A stretch of 64,000 nt of DNA from an uncultured Fidelibacterota bacterium (GTDB taxonomy: Bacteria; Fidelibacterota; Marinisomatia; Marinisomatales; UBA1611), in NCBI GenBank assembly GCA_913043235.1, contig CAJWLO010000005.1, forward strand, positions 9,597 to 73,596, given 5' to 3'. The notes beneath the pieces are model-generated. The model ran no database searches and was not told the origin of the DNA. It worked only from the letters and a program-made list of their open reading frames with translations. Both the position numbers and the translations under genes were made by a program. Shown one piece after another: positions 9,992 to 19,366 of this stretch. Within the stretch, counting starts at the first letter, position 1; each line of letters starts with the position of its first letter.

Positions 9992-10645
9992 CTATAATTT
10001 CCGAATTCGGATGTTGCGGTACCATATTTCTCCGTGATCTCCCTGTAGGCCAATGTGACCTTCAGATGCCTTGGCAAAATTAGGCATACTATTGAATTTA
10101 CTTACTTTGGCTAAATTCCACATTTCACTGCTCTGATAAGTATACTCAACTACTTTTACACCGTTTAGCCAATGTGCTACTTTTTTATCCAATACCTTAA
10201 TACGAACTGAGTTGAATTCACCAACAGGTTTCACAATACTTTCCGAAGGTGCAATTAGGGCATAGAGTGCGCCAGCTGAGGTTAATGTGTTCTTACCATC
10301 TGTATGGCCTTTATCATCCAATACCTGCATTTCTGGAGCAGACTGCCAAATATAATCACCTTCTTCAGTAGCAAAATAAAAAATACCACTATTGCCCTTT
10401 GGAGGGACTTTCCAATCCAATTCTAACTCAAAATTTTTATATACTTCAGTGCTAATCAGATCATGGCCGGTCCCTGGCTTTGTCTTTAAAGTCCCATTGA
10501 CAATTTCCCATGAATCGGGCATACCATCCATTCTATAGCCACGAAGGCCCTTAACAGTCTCACCGTCAAAAAGTACGGTCCAACCTGCCTCAGAAGCACA
10601 ACCAGTGATTATTAAACTCATTAGAATTAAACTCCATTTTTTCAT
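9992..10645 (-). CDS. DUF1080 / 3-keto-disaccharide hydrolase family lipoprotein
   Basis: [16 protein letters not shown] lipobox. Family pattern seen: W..LFDG..LKGLRGY.., [61 protein letters not shown] 10645 is preferred; it lies 2 nt after the upstream stop. Confidence 0.85.
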   Translation of the reverse strand: MKKWSLILMSLIITGCASEAGWTVLFDGETVKGLRGYRMDGMPDSWEIVNGTLKTKPGTGHDLISTEVYKNFELELDWKVPPKGNSGIFYFATEEGDYIWQSAPEMQVLDDKGHTDGKNTLTSAGALYALIAPSESIVKPVGEFNSVRIKVLDKKVAHWLNGVKVVEYTYQSSEMWNLAKVSKFNSMPNFAKASEGHIGLQGDHGEIWYRNIRIRKL

Positions 10646-10647
10646 AA

Positions 10648-11898
10648 CTATCTCTTCGGGTTCCATGCGCCTCGGGCCACAGCCGGGATGAATGTTTCAA
10701 TATCTTTATTGGGTAGTTGAATGGTCTTGTCTTGCTCAGCGCTCATGTATGCGGCCATTAAGAGGCGTGTCACATCCAATCCATCATCAAAATTTTCTTC
10801 TGGACGTTTGCCTGCCAAAAATGATTCCACCATGTGGCGGTTCTCTGCGGTATAGCCATAGACTTCCGCTTCATTGCTCACCACGGGCATACCACCGGAT
10901 TCTGCATTTTGTTTTTCCACCAGATCTTCACCTTCTGCACCAGCAACTTTCCGGCTAAAAAAGACTTTCAGATCCGGATCCAGCGTATTGACAAACATGG
11001 AATATTCCGGTCCGAACAGCTCCATACTTAAGCGTAATCCTTCACCAACAAAACACCATGATGTGGTGGTCTCAACAATGAGTTTGTTCCCATTTTCGTC
11101 AAGGTATTCGATAAGGGACCGTGCAAAATCTTCGGAAGGCCTCTGAGAATAATCTGTTTTACCTCCACTATTATCAGATAGAATTTTTACATATTCAGGG
11201 CGTTGCCATTTCAGGCAATCTGTATGAGCACTAATACTTATAGGCGTAATAGAATCTCTAGGCTTACCAGGTTCGGTTAGCATAAATCTAGCCTCTTCAA
11301 CTGAATGACACATCATATCATTTAATACACCGCCACCTTGCAGCGATCCTTCCCAAAACCATGGCATATGAGGGCCACTATGTTCTTCTGCAGCCCTCGC
11401 TAGATAAGGCCTGCCAGTTGTAGCCGCTCCTCTGGCCCAAACAATTTCTTTTCCTCTTGTTATTGAGGGCGAGAAAACTTGATTTTCAAGATAGCCATCA
11501 AGCAAACCAACGCTTTCTGCAAGTTCTTTTACCTTTTGAGCTTCTTCGAAATTACGGCCCAAGGGTTTTTCACAAGTCACTCCGACCAATTCTCCTTTAC
11601 CAGAAGAAATTGCATCCGCAATTTCTTCAAATGTCTCAATCCGTGCAAAGTTGGGAGAGCATACCCATAATGCATCAATATTGGGATCAGCGATCATATC
11701 GGTGATGGTGTCGTATGCTTTTGCGTCGTCACCCACGCCGATATCTCGAGCTAAATCAGCAGACTCTTCAGCTGATGCTCTTGTGCGGGACATAACGCCC
11801 ACCACATCGCAATTCCGTACGGATATTAAAGATTGAATATGAAACCGGGTGATGAAACCACCCCCAATAAAACCAATACCGATTCGATTTTTACTCAT
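10648..11898 (-). CDS. Gfo/Idh/MocA family NAD(P)-dependent oxidoreductase (cytoplasmic)
   Basis: N-terminal Rossmann IGIGFIGGGFITRFH, EKP motif (CEKPLGRNFEEA), no signal peptide. Its start overlaps the MFS stop by 1 nt (TAATG). Confidence 0.9.
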   Translation of the reverse strand: MSKNRIGIGFIGGGFITRFHIQSLISVRNCDVVGVMSRTRASAEESADLARDIGVGDDAKAYDTITDMIADPNIDALWVCSPNFARIETFEEIADAISSGKGELVGVTCEKPLGRNFEEAQKVKELAESVGLLDGYLENQVFSPSITRGKEIVWARGAATTGRPYLARAAEEHSGPHMPWFWEGSLQGGGVLNDMMCHSVEEARFMLTEPGKPRDSITPISISAHTDCLKWQRPEYVKILSDNSGGKTDYSQRPSEDFARSLIEYLDENGNKLIVETTTSWCFVGEGLRLSMELFGPEYSMFVNTLDPDLKVFFSRKVAGAEGEDLVEKQNAESGGMPVVSNEAEVYGYTAENRHMVESFLAGKRPEENFDDGLDVTRLLMAAYMSAEQDKTIQLPNKDIETFIPAVARGAWNPKR

Positions 11899-13166
11899 TA
11901 TGAATTATCACTGTTATTTAATTGAACCTTAAAGAATAAGAAGAACAGGATGGCTGTTACCAATCCCATTCCCGCTAAAGTGTACCAGAAATTTGAATAG
12001 TTGAATGTGCCGGCTACTGTATACATATTTTGCAGGTAACCCGAAAGCCAACCACCTACAACCGGACCGCCACCAAAGATAATAATTCCAAAAACGGTTT
12101 GGGCGGAGTGACGAACATCATCATCCGCCAGTTTATCCACGTAAATGAATCCCGCCGCAAAGAAGAATGCGAAACAGAATCCGTGGAATGCTTGGCTCAC
12201 TACCATGACCCACGCCGGTAAGAAGGATGTGCCAAAAATGGCATATCGGGCGAAATAGGCCATAATACCGATGGCGATTACTTTTTTGAACCCAAGCCGT
12301 TTCAGGAAGAATCCTAAATAGGCCATGGTGAGAATTTCCGCAAATTGACCAATGGTCATGGCTGGACCGATAGCGCTATCCTTAATACCGATGGATGAGA
12401 GGAATGGTCCTGTTTGCAGGAAGTAAATCTGGTGAATAATGCTCACACCCAGACTGGCCAAAACCAGTACGAGGAATGATTTATTGCTGAACAATGAAAA
12501 GGCTTTTTTGAATGCGAGGTTTTCCACAGCATCTGCTTTGGGCGGTGTATGGGGAAGCATGAAACAAAAAAGGCCATACGCAATGGAAATCATACCTGAA
12601 AATTTCAATGCATCCGCTAGTCGCGCGGTTACATTGGGGACTTCCTCCCCAGACAAGAAGGGTGGCATGAGTTGAAAAGAAAGATCCTGCTGAAGCCAAA
12701 TCATTGGGAATGCCCAGCTAGCAGCAATCCAACCTATAGTGCCCCATACTCGTATTTTTGGGAATGTATTTTCAGTATCATCAATATGGGAAAAAGCAAC
12801 TGAGTTCGACAACGCCAATGTGGGCATATAAAGTACACTGTACAAAATAGATAGCCAAAGCCAGGATGCATAATCAGTTTGAAGTGCCGTGTACCATTTA
12901 ACGATACCACCAGTGATGACTAGAAATGCCAATACACGTTCTGTACTGAAGTAACGATCTGCAAATTGCCCTGCAATAAAGGGCGCTGCTATCGCACCGA
13001 TTGAACCTGCAAGACCAAGAATCATTCCAATTTCAGATCCAGTGAATCCAAGCCCACCATCGTCTACGCTTGCAGAAAGATAGCGTGCCGTTAATGGTAG
13101 CCAAGCACCCCAAATGGCAAATTGGAGGAACATCATAGCGCCCAAACGAGTGTTCTTATTCATCAA
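11898..13166 (-). CDS. MFS transporter, nucleoside:H+ symporter (NupG/XapB-like) family
   Basis: 12-TM-like hydrophobic profile. The N-terminus RLGAMMFLQFAIWGAWLPLTARYL resembles the NupG-family signature. Confidence 0.75.
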   Translation of the reverse strand: MMNKNTRLGAMMFLQFAIWGAWLPLTARYLSASVDDGGLGFTGSEIGMILGLAGSIGAIAAPFIAGQFADRYFSTERVLAFLVITGGIVKWYTALQTDYASWLWLSILYSVLYMPTLALSNSVAFSHIDDTENTFPKIRVWGTIGWIAASWAFPMIWLQQDLSFQLMPPFLSGEEVPNVTARLADALKFSGMISIAYGLFCFMLPHTPPKADAVENLAFKKAFSLFSNKSFLVLVLASLGVSIIHQIYFLQTGPFLSSIGIKDSAIGPAMTIGQFAEILTMAYLGFFLKRLGFKKVIAIGIMAYFARYAIFGTSFLPAWVMVVSQAFHGFCFAFFFAAGFIYVDKLADDDVRHSAQTVFGIIIFGGGPVVGGWLSGYLQNMYTVAGTFNYSNFWYTLAGMGLVTAILFFLFFKVQLNNSDNS

Positions 13167-13172
13167 CGAGTT

Positions 13173-14768
13173 CTAGATCATTTTTCGGTTAACAGGATCC
13201 CATTCAATCCTGCGCCCCGTAAGATAAGATTCGGTAGCCATATGACAAGCTACTGCTTCGTGCAAGGCCACTTCAATATTGCATCTAGGTGTACCGCCAC
13301 TGCGAATGCAATCCAACCAATCTTTAATATGGAGATGGGTTGGGTCTACACGTTTTCCTTGACGGTAAGTGTAAAGCAACCCTTTATTGGCAAAGTATTG
13401 GGATGTTGCTGACGTTACTCCATCGATTTGTTTTGATCCCGGTGAGTAAGTATAAATGGGGTATTTTGGATTGATGGCACCATTTTTCAGCTTATCTTTA
13501 TACTGGGTGGATTCCGAATCAGCTGTCACCACAAATCCATGAATTGATCCGCCACCACTTTGTCCTCCCATCTGCATGGTGGCATCATGGCCCATAATCC
13601 GGTTACCTCGGGGGTTATTGCTAGATAGGGTTGCACTGTAAAGCACCGTCAAATCTTTATCGGGATACTCTAGTGTGGCGTTCCATACATCTGGCACATC
13701 TCTACCATCTTTGTAATAATAAACGCCACCAGTAGAGGATGCGTATTTAGGTATACCCATTTCTATAATTTGGTTTAGTGCATCGAAGTCATGGGAAAAT
13801 AAATCTCCAGATAAACCAGTGCCATAATCAAACCAGCAGCGCCAACGGAAGAATCGTCTTAGTGCTTCATCACCAAAAGGAATTTTATTTGGAGATGGCT
13901 CCTGAAATGTATCCCAGTCTAGTGTTTTTTCATTCGCTTCAGGATGTATTCCCCAAACCCAGGCACCCCAAGGAGAATTACGGTTAGTGGTCAATTCAAC
14001 CAGGTTGATTGGGCCGAGTAATCCCTGTTGAACTATTTGTTTTGCCTTTTCGTTTGCCTCTACCTGACGGTTCTGATGACCAAGCTGAAATGTAATGCCT
14101 GTTTCTTTTACAGTATCATACAGGTCAATGGCCTCGTCAAATGTTCTGGTGAGGCCTTTTTCACAGTAGACATGCTTGCCGGCTTTTGCGGCATCAATAG
14201 AAATCTGAGAATGCCAGTGGTCTGGTGTCGCCACGATGACTGCATCAATCTCATCATTGGCCAACAATTCTTTATAATGGCGATATCGCGTAGCCGTTTT
14301 TACCGGTTTTCCGCCTGGGCGAACTTCATTTTCTGAAGCAGCCACACCATAGTTTGCATTAACGTCAAAAAGATCACATACCCCAATGAGGGATACATTC
14401 AAATCTTTTTGAGACATATAGGTGGCAAAACCTTTGTCCAATTTATTCTTTCTGGCATTTTCTGATGCACTGGTTGTCCATCCCGGGGTGGCAAATCCGG
14501 CGCCACGGACCAAGTGACTTCCACGGCCACCATAGCCAATCACTCCTAAATTGAGATGTTTACTATCTGAAAGTCCACTGATGACAGCTGGGGCAGATTT
14601 TTCCTGAACAAGCCCTGAAAGCAGGTTGGCCTTTTTGGCAGCATCTCTACTCATTTTCCGCCAGAGATTGGCTAAAAAGATACCGAATACAGGTACGGTA
14701 GCGAGTCCCTTAATGAGATCTCGTCGTTCTAAATTGGTTTTATTCTGTTTTGTTGGTTGATCGCTCAT
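13173..14768 (-). CDS. Tat-exported Gfo/Idh/MocA family oxidoreductase
   Basis: Twin-arginine signal (LERRDLIKGLATVPVFG), Rossmann LGVIGYGGRGSHL, EKG motif (YCEKGLTRTFDEA). 531 aa. Confidence 0.9.
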   Translation of the reverse strand: MSDQPTKQNKTNLERRDLIKGLATVPVFGIFLANLWRKMSRDAAKKANLLSGLVQEKSAPAVISGLSDSKHLNLGVIGYGGRGSHLVRGAGFATPGWTTSASENARKNKLDKGFATYMSQKDLNVSLIGVCDLFDVNANYGVAASENEVRPGGKPVKTATRYRHYKELLANDEIDAVIVATPDHWHSQISIDAAKAGKHVYCEKGLTRTFDEAIDLYDTVKETGITFQLGHQNRQVEANEKAKQIVQQGLLGPINLVELTTNRNSPWGAWVWGIHPEANEKTLDWDTFQEPSPNKIPFGDEALRRFFRWRCWFDYGTGLSGDLFSHDFDALNQIIEMGIPKYASSTGGVYYYKDGRDVPDVWNATLEYPDKDLTVLYSATLSSNNPRGNRIMGHDATMQMGGQSGGGSIHGFVVTADSESTQYKDKLKNGAINPKYPIYTYSPGSKQIDGVTSATSQYFANKGLLYTYRQGKRVDPTHLHIKDWLDCIRSGGTPRCNIEVALHEAVACHMATESYLTGRRIEWDPVNRKMI

Positions 14769-14780
14769 GATCTACTCCTT

Positions 14781-15275
14781 TTAATTCGAATTTGATTTGG
14801 ATAAAAAACGATCCAAACCAACAATATGACTGGTGGGGAAACAATAGAGTACCCACAATGCACATGCTTCAATGAGGTTTTTATTAACGATGAGATAACT
14901 GCCTTCGCCAGGGCGGCTATATTCTAGGCCGAGCAAAGGAGGAGCAAATAAATAATAAAGTATTACCAAGCCCATGCCGACTATAGAACCGTATCGACTA
15001 AACAATCCTAACAGCAAAGAAATACCGACAAAGGTGAGTCCCCACATATTGACATGATCAGAAATACTGAGCATTGTTGGGTTGGACACAATCGATTTTG
15101 CCAAGCCTGAAAAAATCCATTTAGAATCCAATAGGTATGCAGCAGATGACCAATATGGGTTGATCAGTTTTGAAATACCTTCATATAAAAAATGCCAACC
15201 GATGAGCACCCGCAGTGTAACGAGTCCATATAGTTGACATTTGTCATTTATGACTGATGAATCAAATTCACTCAT
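14781..15275 (-). CDS. DoxX family inner-membrane protein
   Basis: 164 aa with four hydrophobic segments. LRVLIGWHFLYEGISKL is typical of the DoxX N-terminus. First gene of the minus-strand operon. Confidence 0.7.
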   Translation of the reverse strand: MSEFDSSVINDKCQLYGLVTLRVLIGWHFLYEGISKLINPYWSSAAYLLDSKWIFSGLAKSIVSNPTMLSISDHVNMWGLTFVGISLLLGLFSRYGSIVGMGLVILYYLFAPPLLGLEYSRPGEGSYLIVNKNLIEACALWVLYCFPTSHIVGLDRFLSKSNSN

Positions 15276-15293
15276 ATTTATTTTACCTCTTAT

Positions 15294-15305
15294 GAATGTA
15301 CATTC
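15294..15305. promoter_or_regulatory. perfect 12-bp palindrome GAATGTACATTC, 19 nt upstream of the DoxX start, in the divergent intergenic region
   Basis: Read directly. Its position fits an operator for the minus-strand operon, but no regulator gene is present in the window. Confidence 0.3.
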
Positions 15306-15521
15306 GTAAAAATAGAACCGTCAAGCATAAGGGAGAAGAACACTACAATACAACTATGAATTCTATAAGTTACATGATAAAGAGAAAAACTCGAATGTCT
15401 CCATTTGGTGACATTTTTACGCGTTTAATATTGTTTATTTAGCAAATGGCAACTATTTGTATTATCAATTGTTTTTAACCCTAACTTGGAAATTAAATTA
15501 TTGGACAAAATTGGAGGTGAA

Positions 15522-16949
15522 ATGAGGAAATATTGTTTAATAATTACTACTTTTTTCTCGATACTATGGTCTCAGCATTATCAGGTTGACTTTCCACCAG
15601 ATGAATTTCAAGATCGTTGGAGAGGTGTATTTGATCAGATCGGCGAAGATGCGGTTGCGGTAGTTCAGGGGATTCCACTAACCAATGGATTCATCATGCC
15701 CAGACAATCCAATGCATTTTATTATTTATCCGGTATTGAATCTCCTCATGCTTATATACTTTTAGATGGGCGGGAGAAAAAAGTAACCCTATACATGCCT
15801 CCCAAAAATGAAAGGTTAGAGCGCAGTGAGGGAAAAATTTTAAATGCAGATGATAAACGACTCATCAAAAAACTGGTGGGTGTAGATGCAGTAAAATCGA
15901 CAGAAGAGATGCGCGAAAATTTTCCTCCAAACATGAAGCGATCCACAACCATTTACACCATGTTTACGCCGGCTGAAGGACAGGGACAGAGCAGATATGA
16001 ATTAGAAGTGGCAAATGCATCCATCGCTTCAGATTCCTGGGATGGCCGTATCAGTAGAGAAGGACGATTGGTACAGCTATTGAAATTGAGAAACCGTCAT
16101 AATGAAGTAAAAGATCTGACCCCAATAATTGATAATTTGAGGAGTGTAAAAAGTCCTCGGGAAATTGCGCTGATACGACGAGCCTCCCAACTGGCAGGGT
16201 TGGGTATGATCGAAGCCATTAAAAGTACAGAACCCGGCGTGTGGGAATATCAATTGGATGGTTCGGCACGTTATATATTCCTGATCAATGGTGCGCGATT
16301 AGAAGCTTATAGGTCAATCACTGCATCAGGCACCAAAAACATCATCAATGCCCACTATTACAGAAATGATAGTCAATTGAAAAGCGGTGATCTGGTCCTT
16401 ATGGATTATGCTCCGGATTTTCGGTATTATGTTAGTGATATTGGACGGATGTGGCCCGTGAATGGAACCTATGAGCCATGGCAAAGAGAATTACTCCAAA
16501 TCATTTTGGAATACCGAAATGTAGTATTGGATATAATTCGCCCCGGAGTTACTACAGATGAAATATTAGATGAAGCCAGAGAGCGAATGAAACCCATTAT
16601 GAAGGATTATAAATTTTCAAAGCAAATCTATAAAGAAGCGGCAGAAAAAATGGTTAGGACCGGTGGAGGTGTATTATCTCATCCTGTGGGTTTGGCTGTT
16701 CATGATGATGGCCCTTATCGCTATGGACCTTTGAAAGTAGGTCACGTATTTTCCGTTGATCCCCAGATGTGGGTACCCAAAGAAAATCTATACCTTCGCT
16801 ATGAGGACACGATTGTGGTTACTGAAAATGGGAACGAAAATTTCACTGATTTTTTACCTTCTGAATTGGATGATCTTGAAGCCTTAACAAGACAAAAAGG
16901 CATCGTCCAGCAATTCCCGCCAAATAAAATGAAATGGAATTATAAATGA
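15522..16949 (+). CDS. M24B Xaa-Pro aminopeptidase (aminopeptidase P-like), exported
   Basis: GGAGGTG at 15513-15519 precedes ATG 15522, so the track's TTG 15486 is rejected. Metal ligand pattern: LVLMDYAPDFRYYVSDIGR, SHPVGLAVHD, LRYEDTIVVTENG. N-terminal hydrophobic signal. Confidence 0.85.
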   Translation: MRKYCLIITTFFSILWSQHYQVDFPPDEFQDRWRGVFDQIGEDAVAVVQGIPLTNGFIMPRQSNAFYYLSGIESPHAYILLDGREKKVTLYMPPKNERLERSEGKILNADDKRLIKKLVGVDAVKSTEEMRENFPPNMKRSTTIYTMFTPAEGQGQSRYELEVANASIASDSWDGRISREGRLVQLLKLRNRHNEVKDLTPIIDNLRSVKSPREIALIRRASQLAGLGMIEAIKSTEPGVWEYQLDGSARYIFLINGARLEAYRSITASGTKNIINAHYYRNDSQLKSGDLVLMDYAPDFRYYVSDIGRMWPVNGTYEPWQRELLQIILEYRNVVLDIIRPGVTTDEILDEARERMKPIMKDYKFSKQIYKEAAEKMVRTGGGVLSHPVGLAVHDDGPYRYGPLKVGHVFSVDPQMWVPKENLYLRYEDTIVVTENGNENFTDFLPSELDDLEALTRQKGIVQQFPPNKMKWNYK

Positions 16950-19363
16950 AGAAACAGCCAATTAAAAAAATAATTCATTGCAGCTTATTAATTGTAAGCA
17001 CATCACTTCTAATAGGAGATGATGGATATAGGATGCCCCCGAAGGCGATTGCAGATTTGGTGGATGCACCTGCAACACCGCTTGTCAATCTGAGTCCTGA
17101 CAAAAGCAAAATTCTCATAATGGAGCGGTCCAGTTTGCCTTCTATTAAAGAGTTATCCCAACCGGAGTTGCGGTTAGCGGGCCTTCGTATTAACCCTATG
17201 ACAAATGGACGGAGTAGAACCAGTTATTATATCGGCTTAGCAATTCAGGATATTCAATCCGGAAAACAGAGAAAAGTGAAAGGGCTACCCAATAATGGAC
17301 GCATTTCTAACGTAACCTGGGCACCGGATGGAAATCATATCGCCATGGCTGTTACCAAAGGGAATGAGATAATATTATATATTGCCAATGTGAGTTCAGG
17401 GAAGGCAAAACAATTATTAAAAACACCATTAAATGCCATTTATGGGTCTGCCTATCATTGGTTGTCTGATAGCAAAGGATTGTTGGCAAAAACTATTTTG
17501 AAGGGGAGGGGAAACCCACCTGAAAAACTAACCACTCCATCTGGGCCAGTCATTCAGGAAAATGCGGGCCAAAAATCTCCAGCGCGGACATATCAGGATC
17601 TCCTTACCAATGCTCATGATGAAGCACTCTTTGAATATTATATGCATGCACAGATAGTTCATGTTTCTCTAAAAGGGAAAACCAAAAAGATTGGACGATC
17701 TGGAATTATTCGTAGAGCGGAGCCATCGCCAGATGGAGAATATATTCTGATGGAAACCATCCATCGGCCCTTTTCATACTTGGTTCCAGTCTACCGATTT
17801 CCAACTCGGATTGAAATTATTAATAAAAATGGAAAACATGTACATACATTGAGAGATATGCCATTGGCTGAGTCAATCCCCATTGGCAGAGATGCCGTTA
17901 TCGATGGCCCTCGATCTTTTGGTTGGCGGTCCGATGTGGGATCCACGATTTATTTTACAGAAGCATTGGATGGTGGTGATCCTAGAGTGGATGTATCATT
18001 TCAAGATGAAGTATTTACATTAAAGTCTCCATTTAATGGTTCTCCAAAATCCTTAATCAAATTGCCATTACGTTATAGTGGAATCCGTTGGGGAAATGAA
18101 TCTGTTGCATTGGTTTCCGATCGAAAGTGGACTGAAAGAAGGACTACAACTTGGCGAGTGAATCCAGAAACGGGTAGGTCAGAAAAAATAATCGATCGTT
18201 TATATGAAGATCGTTATAATGATCCCGGATCGCCTTTAACAGTATTAAATGAATATGGTCGAGCTGTTCTTTATATACAAGACGGGGTTACTATACTTAT
18301 GTCTGGTATCGGCGCTTCACCTGAAGGGGATAAACCATTTTTAGATAAGTTCAATATGGATACGAAAGAGACCAAACGGTTGTGGCGGAGTAAACCCCCA
18401 TACTATGAACGCGTGGTTTCAATCATGGATAAAAAAGGAGAAGTGATTCTTACGAGTCGAGAAGCAAAAGATGAACCCGCAAACTATTATAGGCGTGACG
18501 TAAAAAACGGTAAAAAGGAGTCTGTTACTTCATTTTTACATCCCTATCCTCAAATGAAGGATGTTTATAAAGAAATGCTTACCTATAAGCGGGATGACGG
18601 TATAGATCTTTCTGCCACCTTATATTTGCCACCGGGACATCAGCCGGGAGATGGACCATTGCCCTTGTTGGTTTGGGCCTATCCAAGGGAATTTAAAACT
18701 GCTCAAGCAGCGTCACAGGTAGTGGGATCTCCTCACCGGTTCTCTCGAATCAGTCCCACTTCTCCCTTAATTATGCTGTCATATGGTTATGCAGTACTCT
18801 CAGGCGCTACCATGCCGATTATTGGAGAAGGATCAGAGGAACCCAATGACAATTATGTAAAACAGTTGGTGGCCAGCGCACAAGCGGCAGCAGATATTAT
18901 GGTGGAAAGAAATATCACCAAAAAAGATCAAATCGCCATTGGAGGACACTCCTATGGTGCATTCATGACAGCAAATTTGTTGACCCATTCTGATATTTTT
19001 CAAGCAGGAATTGCCAGAAGTGGTGCCTACAATCGTAGTTTGACACCATTTGGGTTTCAATCGGAACAACGTACATTCTGGGAAGCACCTGAAATTTATT
19101 TTTCCATGTCTCCTTTCATGCATGCCCATAAAATGAATGAACCAATTCTCCTTATCCATGGGGATGCTGATAATAACTCTGGTACTTTTCCGGTACAGAG
19201 CAAGCGTTACTACCATGCTTTAAAAGGACATGGAGCCACAGCCAAATTGGTGATGCTGCCACATGAAAGCCATGGGTATCGTGCCCGGGAATCGGTAATG
19301 CATATGTTATGGGAGACAGCGAATTGGCTCGATACTTATGTAAAGAAGGGAAACAAGGAGTAA
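16946..19363 (+). CDS. S9 family serine peptidase with N-terminal beta-propeller region
   Basis: ATGA overlap with the upstream gene. Triad in Ser-Asp-His order: GGHSYGAFM, IHGDADNN, PHESHGY. Signal peptide present. Confidence 0.9.
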   Translation: MKKQPIKKIIHCSLLIVSTSLLIGDDGYRMPPKAIADLVDAPATPLVNLSPDKSKILIMERSSLPSIKELSQPELRLAGLRINPMTNGRSRTSYYIGLAIQDIQSGKQRKVKGLPNNGRISNVTWAPDGNHIAMAVTKGNEIILYIANVSSGKAKQLLKTPLNAIYGSAYHWLSDSKGLLAKTILKGRGNPPEKLTTPSGPVIQENAGQKSPARTYQDLLTNAHDEALFEYYMHAQIVHVSLKGKTKKIGRSGIIRRAEPSPDGEYILMETIHRPFSYLVPVYRFPTRIEIINKNGKHVHTLRDMPLAESIPIGRDAVIDGPRSFGWRSDVGSTIYFTEALDGGDPRVDVSFQDEVFTLKSPFNGSPKSLIKLPLRYSGIRWGNESVALVSDRKWTERRTTTWRVNPETGRSEKIIDRLYEDRYNDPGSPLTVLNEYGRAVLYIQDGVTILMSGIGASPEGDKPFLDKFNMDTKETKRLWRSKPPYYERVVSIMDKKGEVILTSREAKDEPANYYRRDVKNGKKESVTSFLHPYPQMKDVYKEMLTYKRDDGIDLSATLYLPPGHQPGDGPLPLLVWAYPREFKTAQAASQVVGSPHRFSRISPTSPLIMLSYGYAVLSGATMPIIGEGSEEPNDNYVKQLVASAQAAADIMVERNITKKDQIAIGGHSYGAFMTANLLTHSDIFQAGIARSGAYNRSLTPFGFQSEQRTFWEAPEIYFSMSPFMHAHKMNEPILLIHGDADNNSGTFPVQSKRYYHALKGHGATAKLVMLPHESHGYRARESVMHMLWETANWLDTYVKKGNKE

Positions 19364-19366
19364 AAT

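Noticed and set aside
15348-15434. 28-codon ORF (MNSISYMIKRKTRMSPFGDIFTRLILFI) in the divergent intergenic region
   Set aside because: No RBS, very short, and no supporting features. The region is more likely regulatory.
18833-19216. 127-aa minus-strand ORF (and 19152-19391) antisense to the S9 peptidase catalytic domain
   Set aside because: Shadow ORFs opposite a gene with an intact Ser-Asp-His triad. No independent support.
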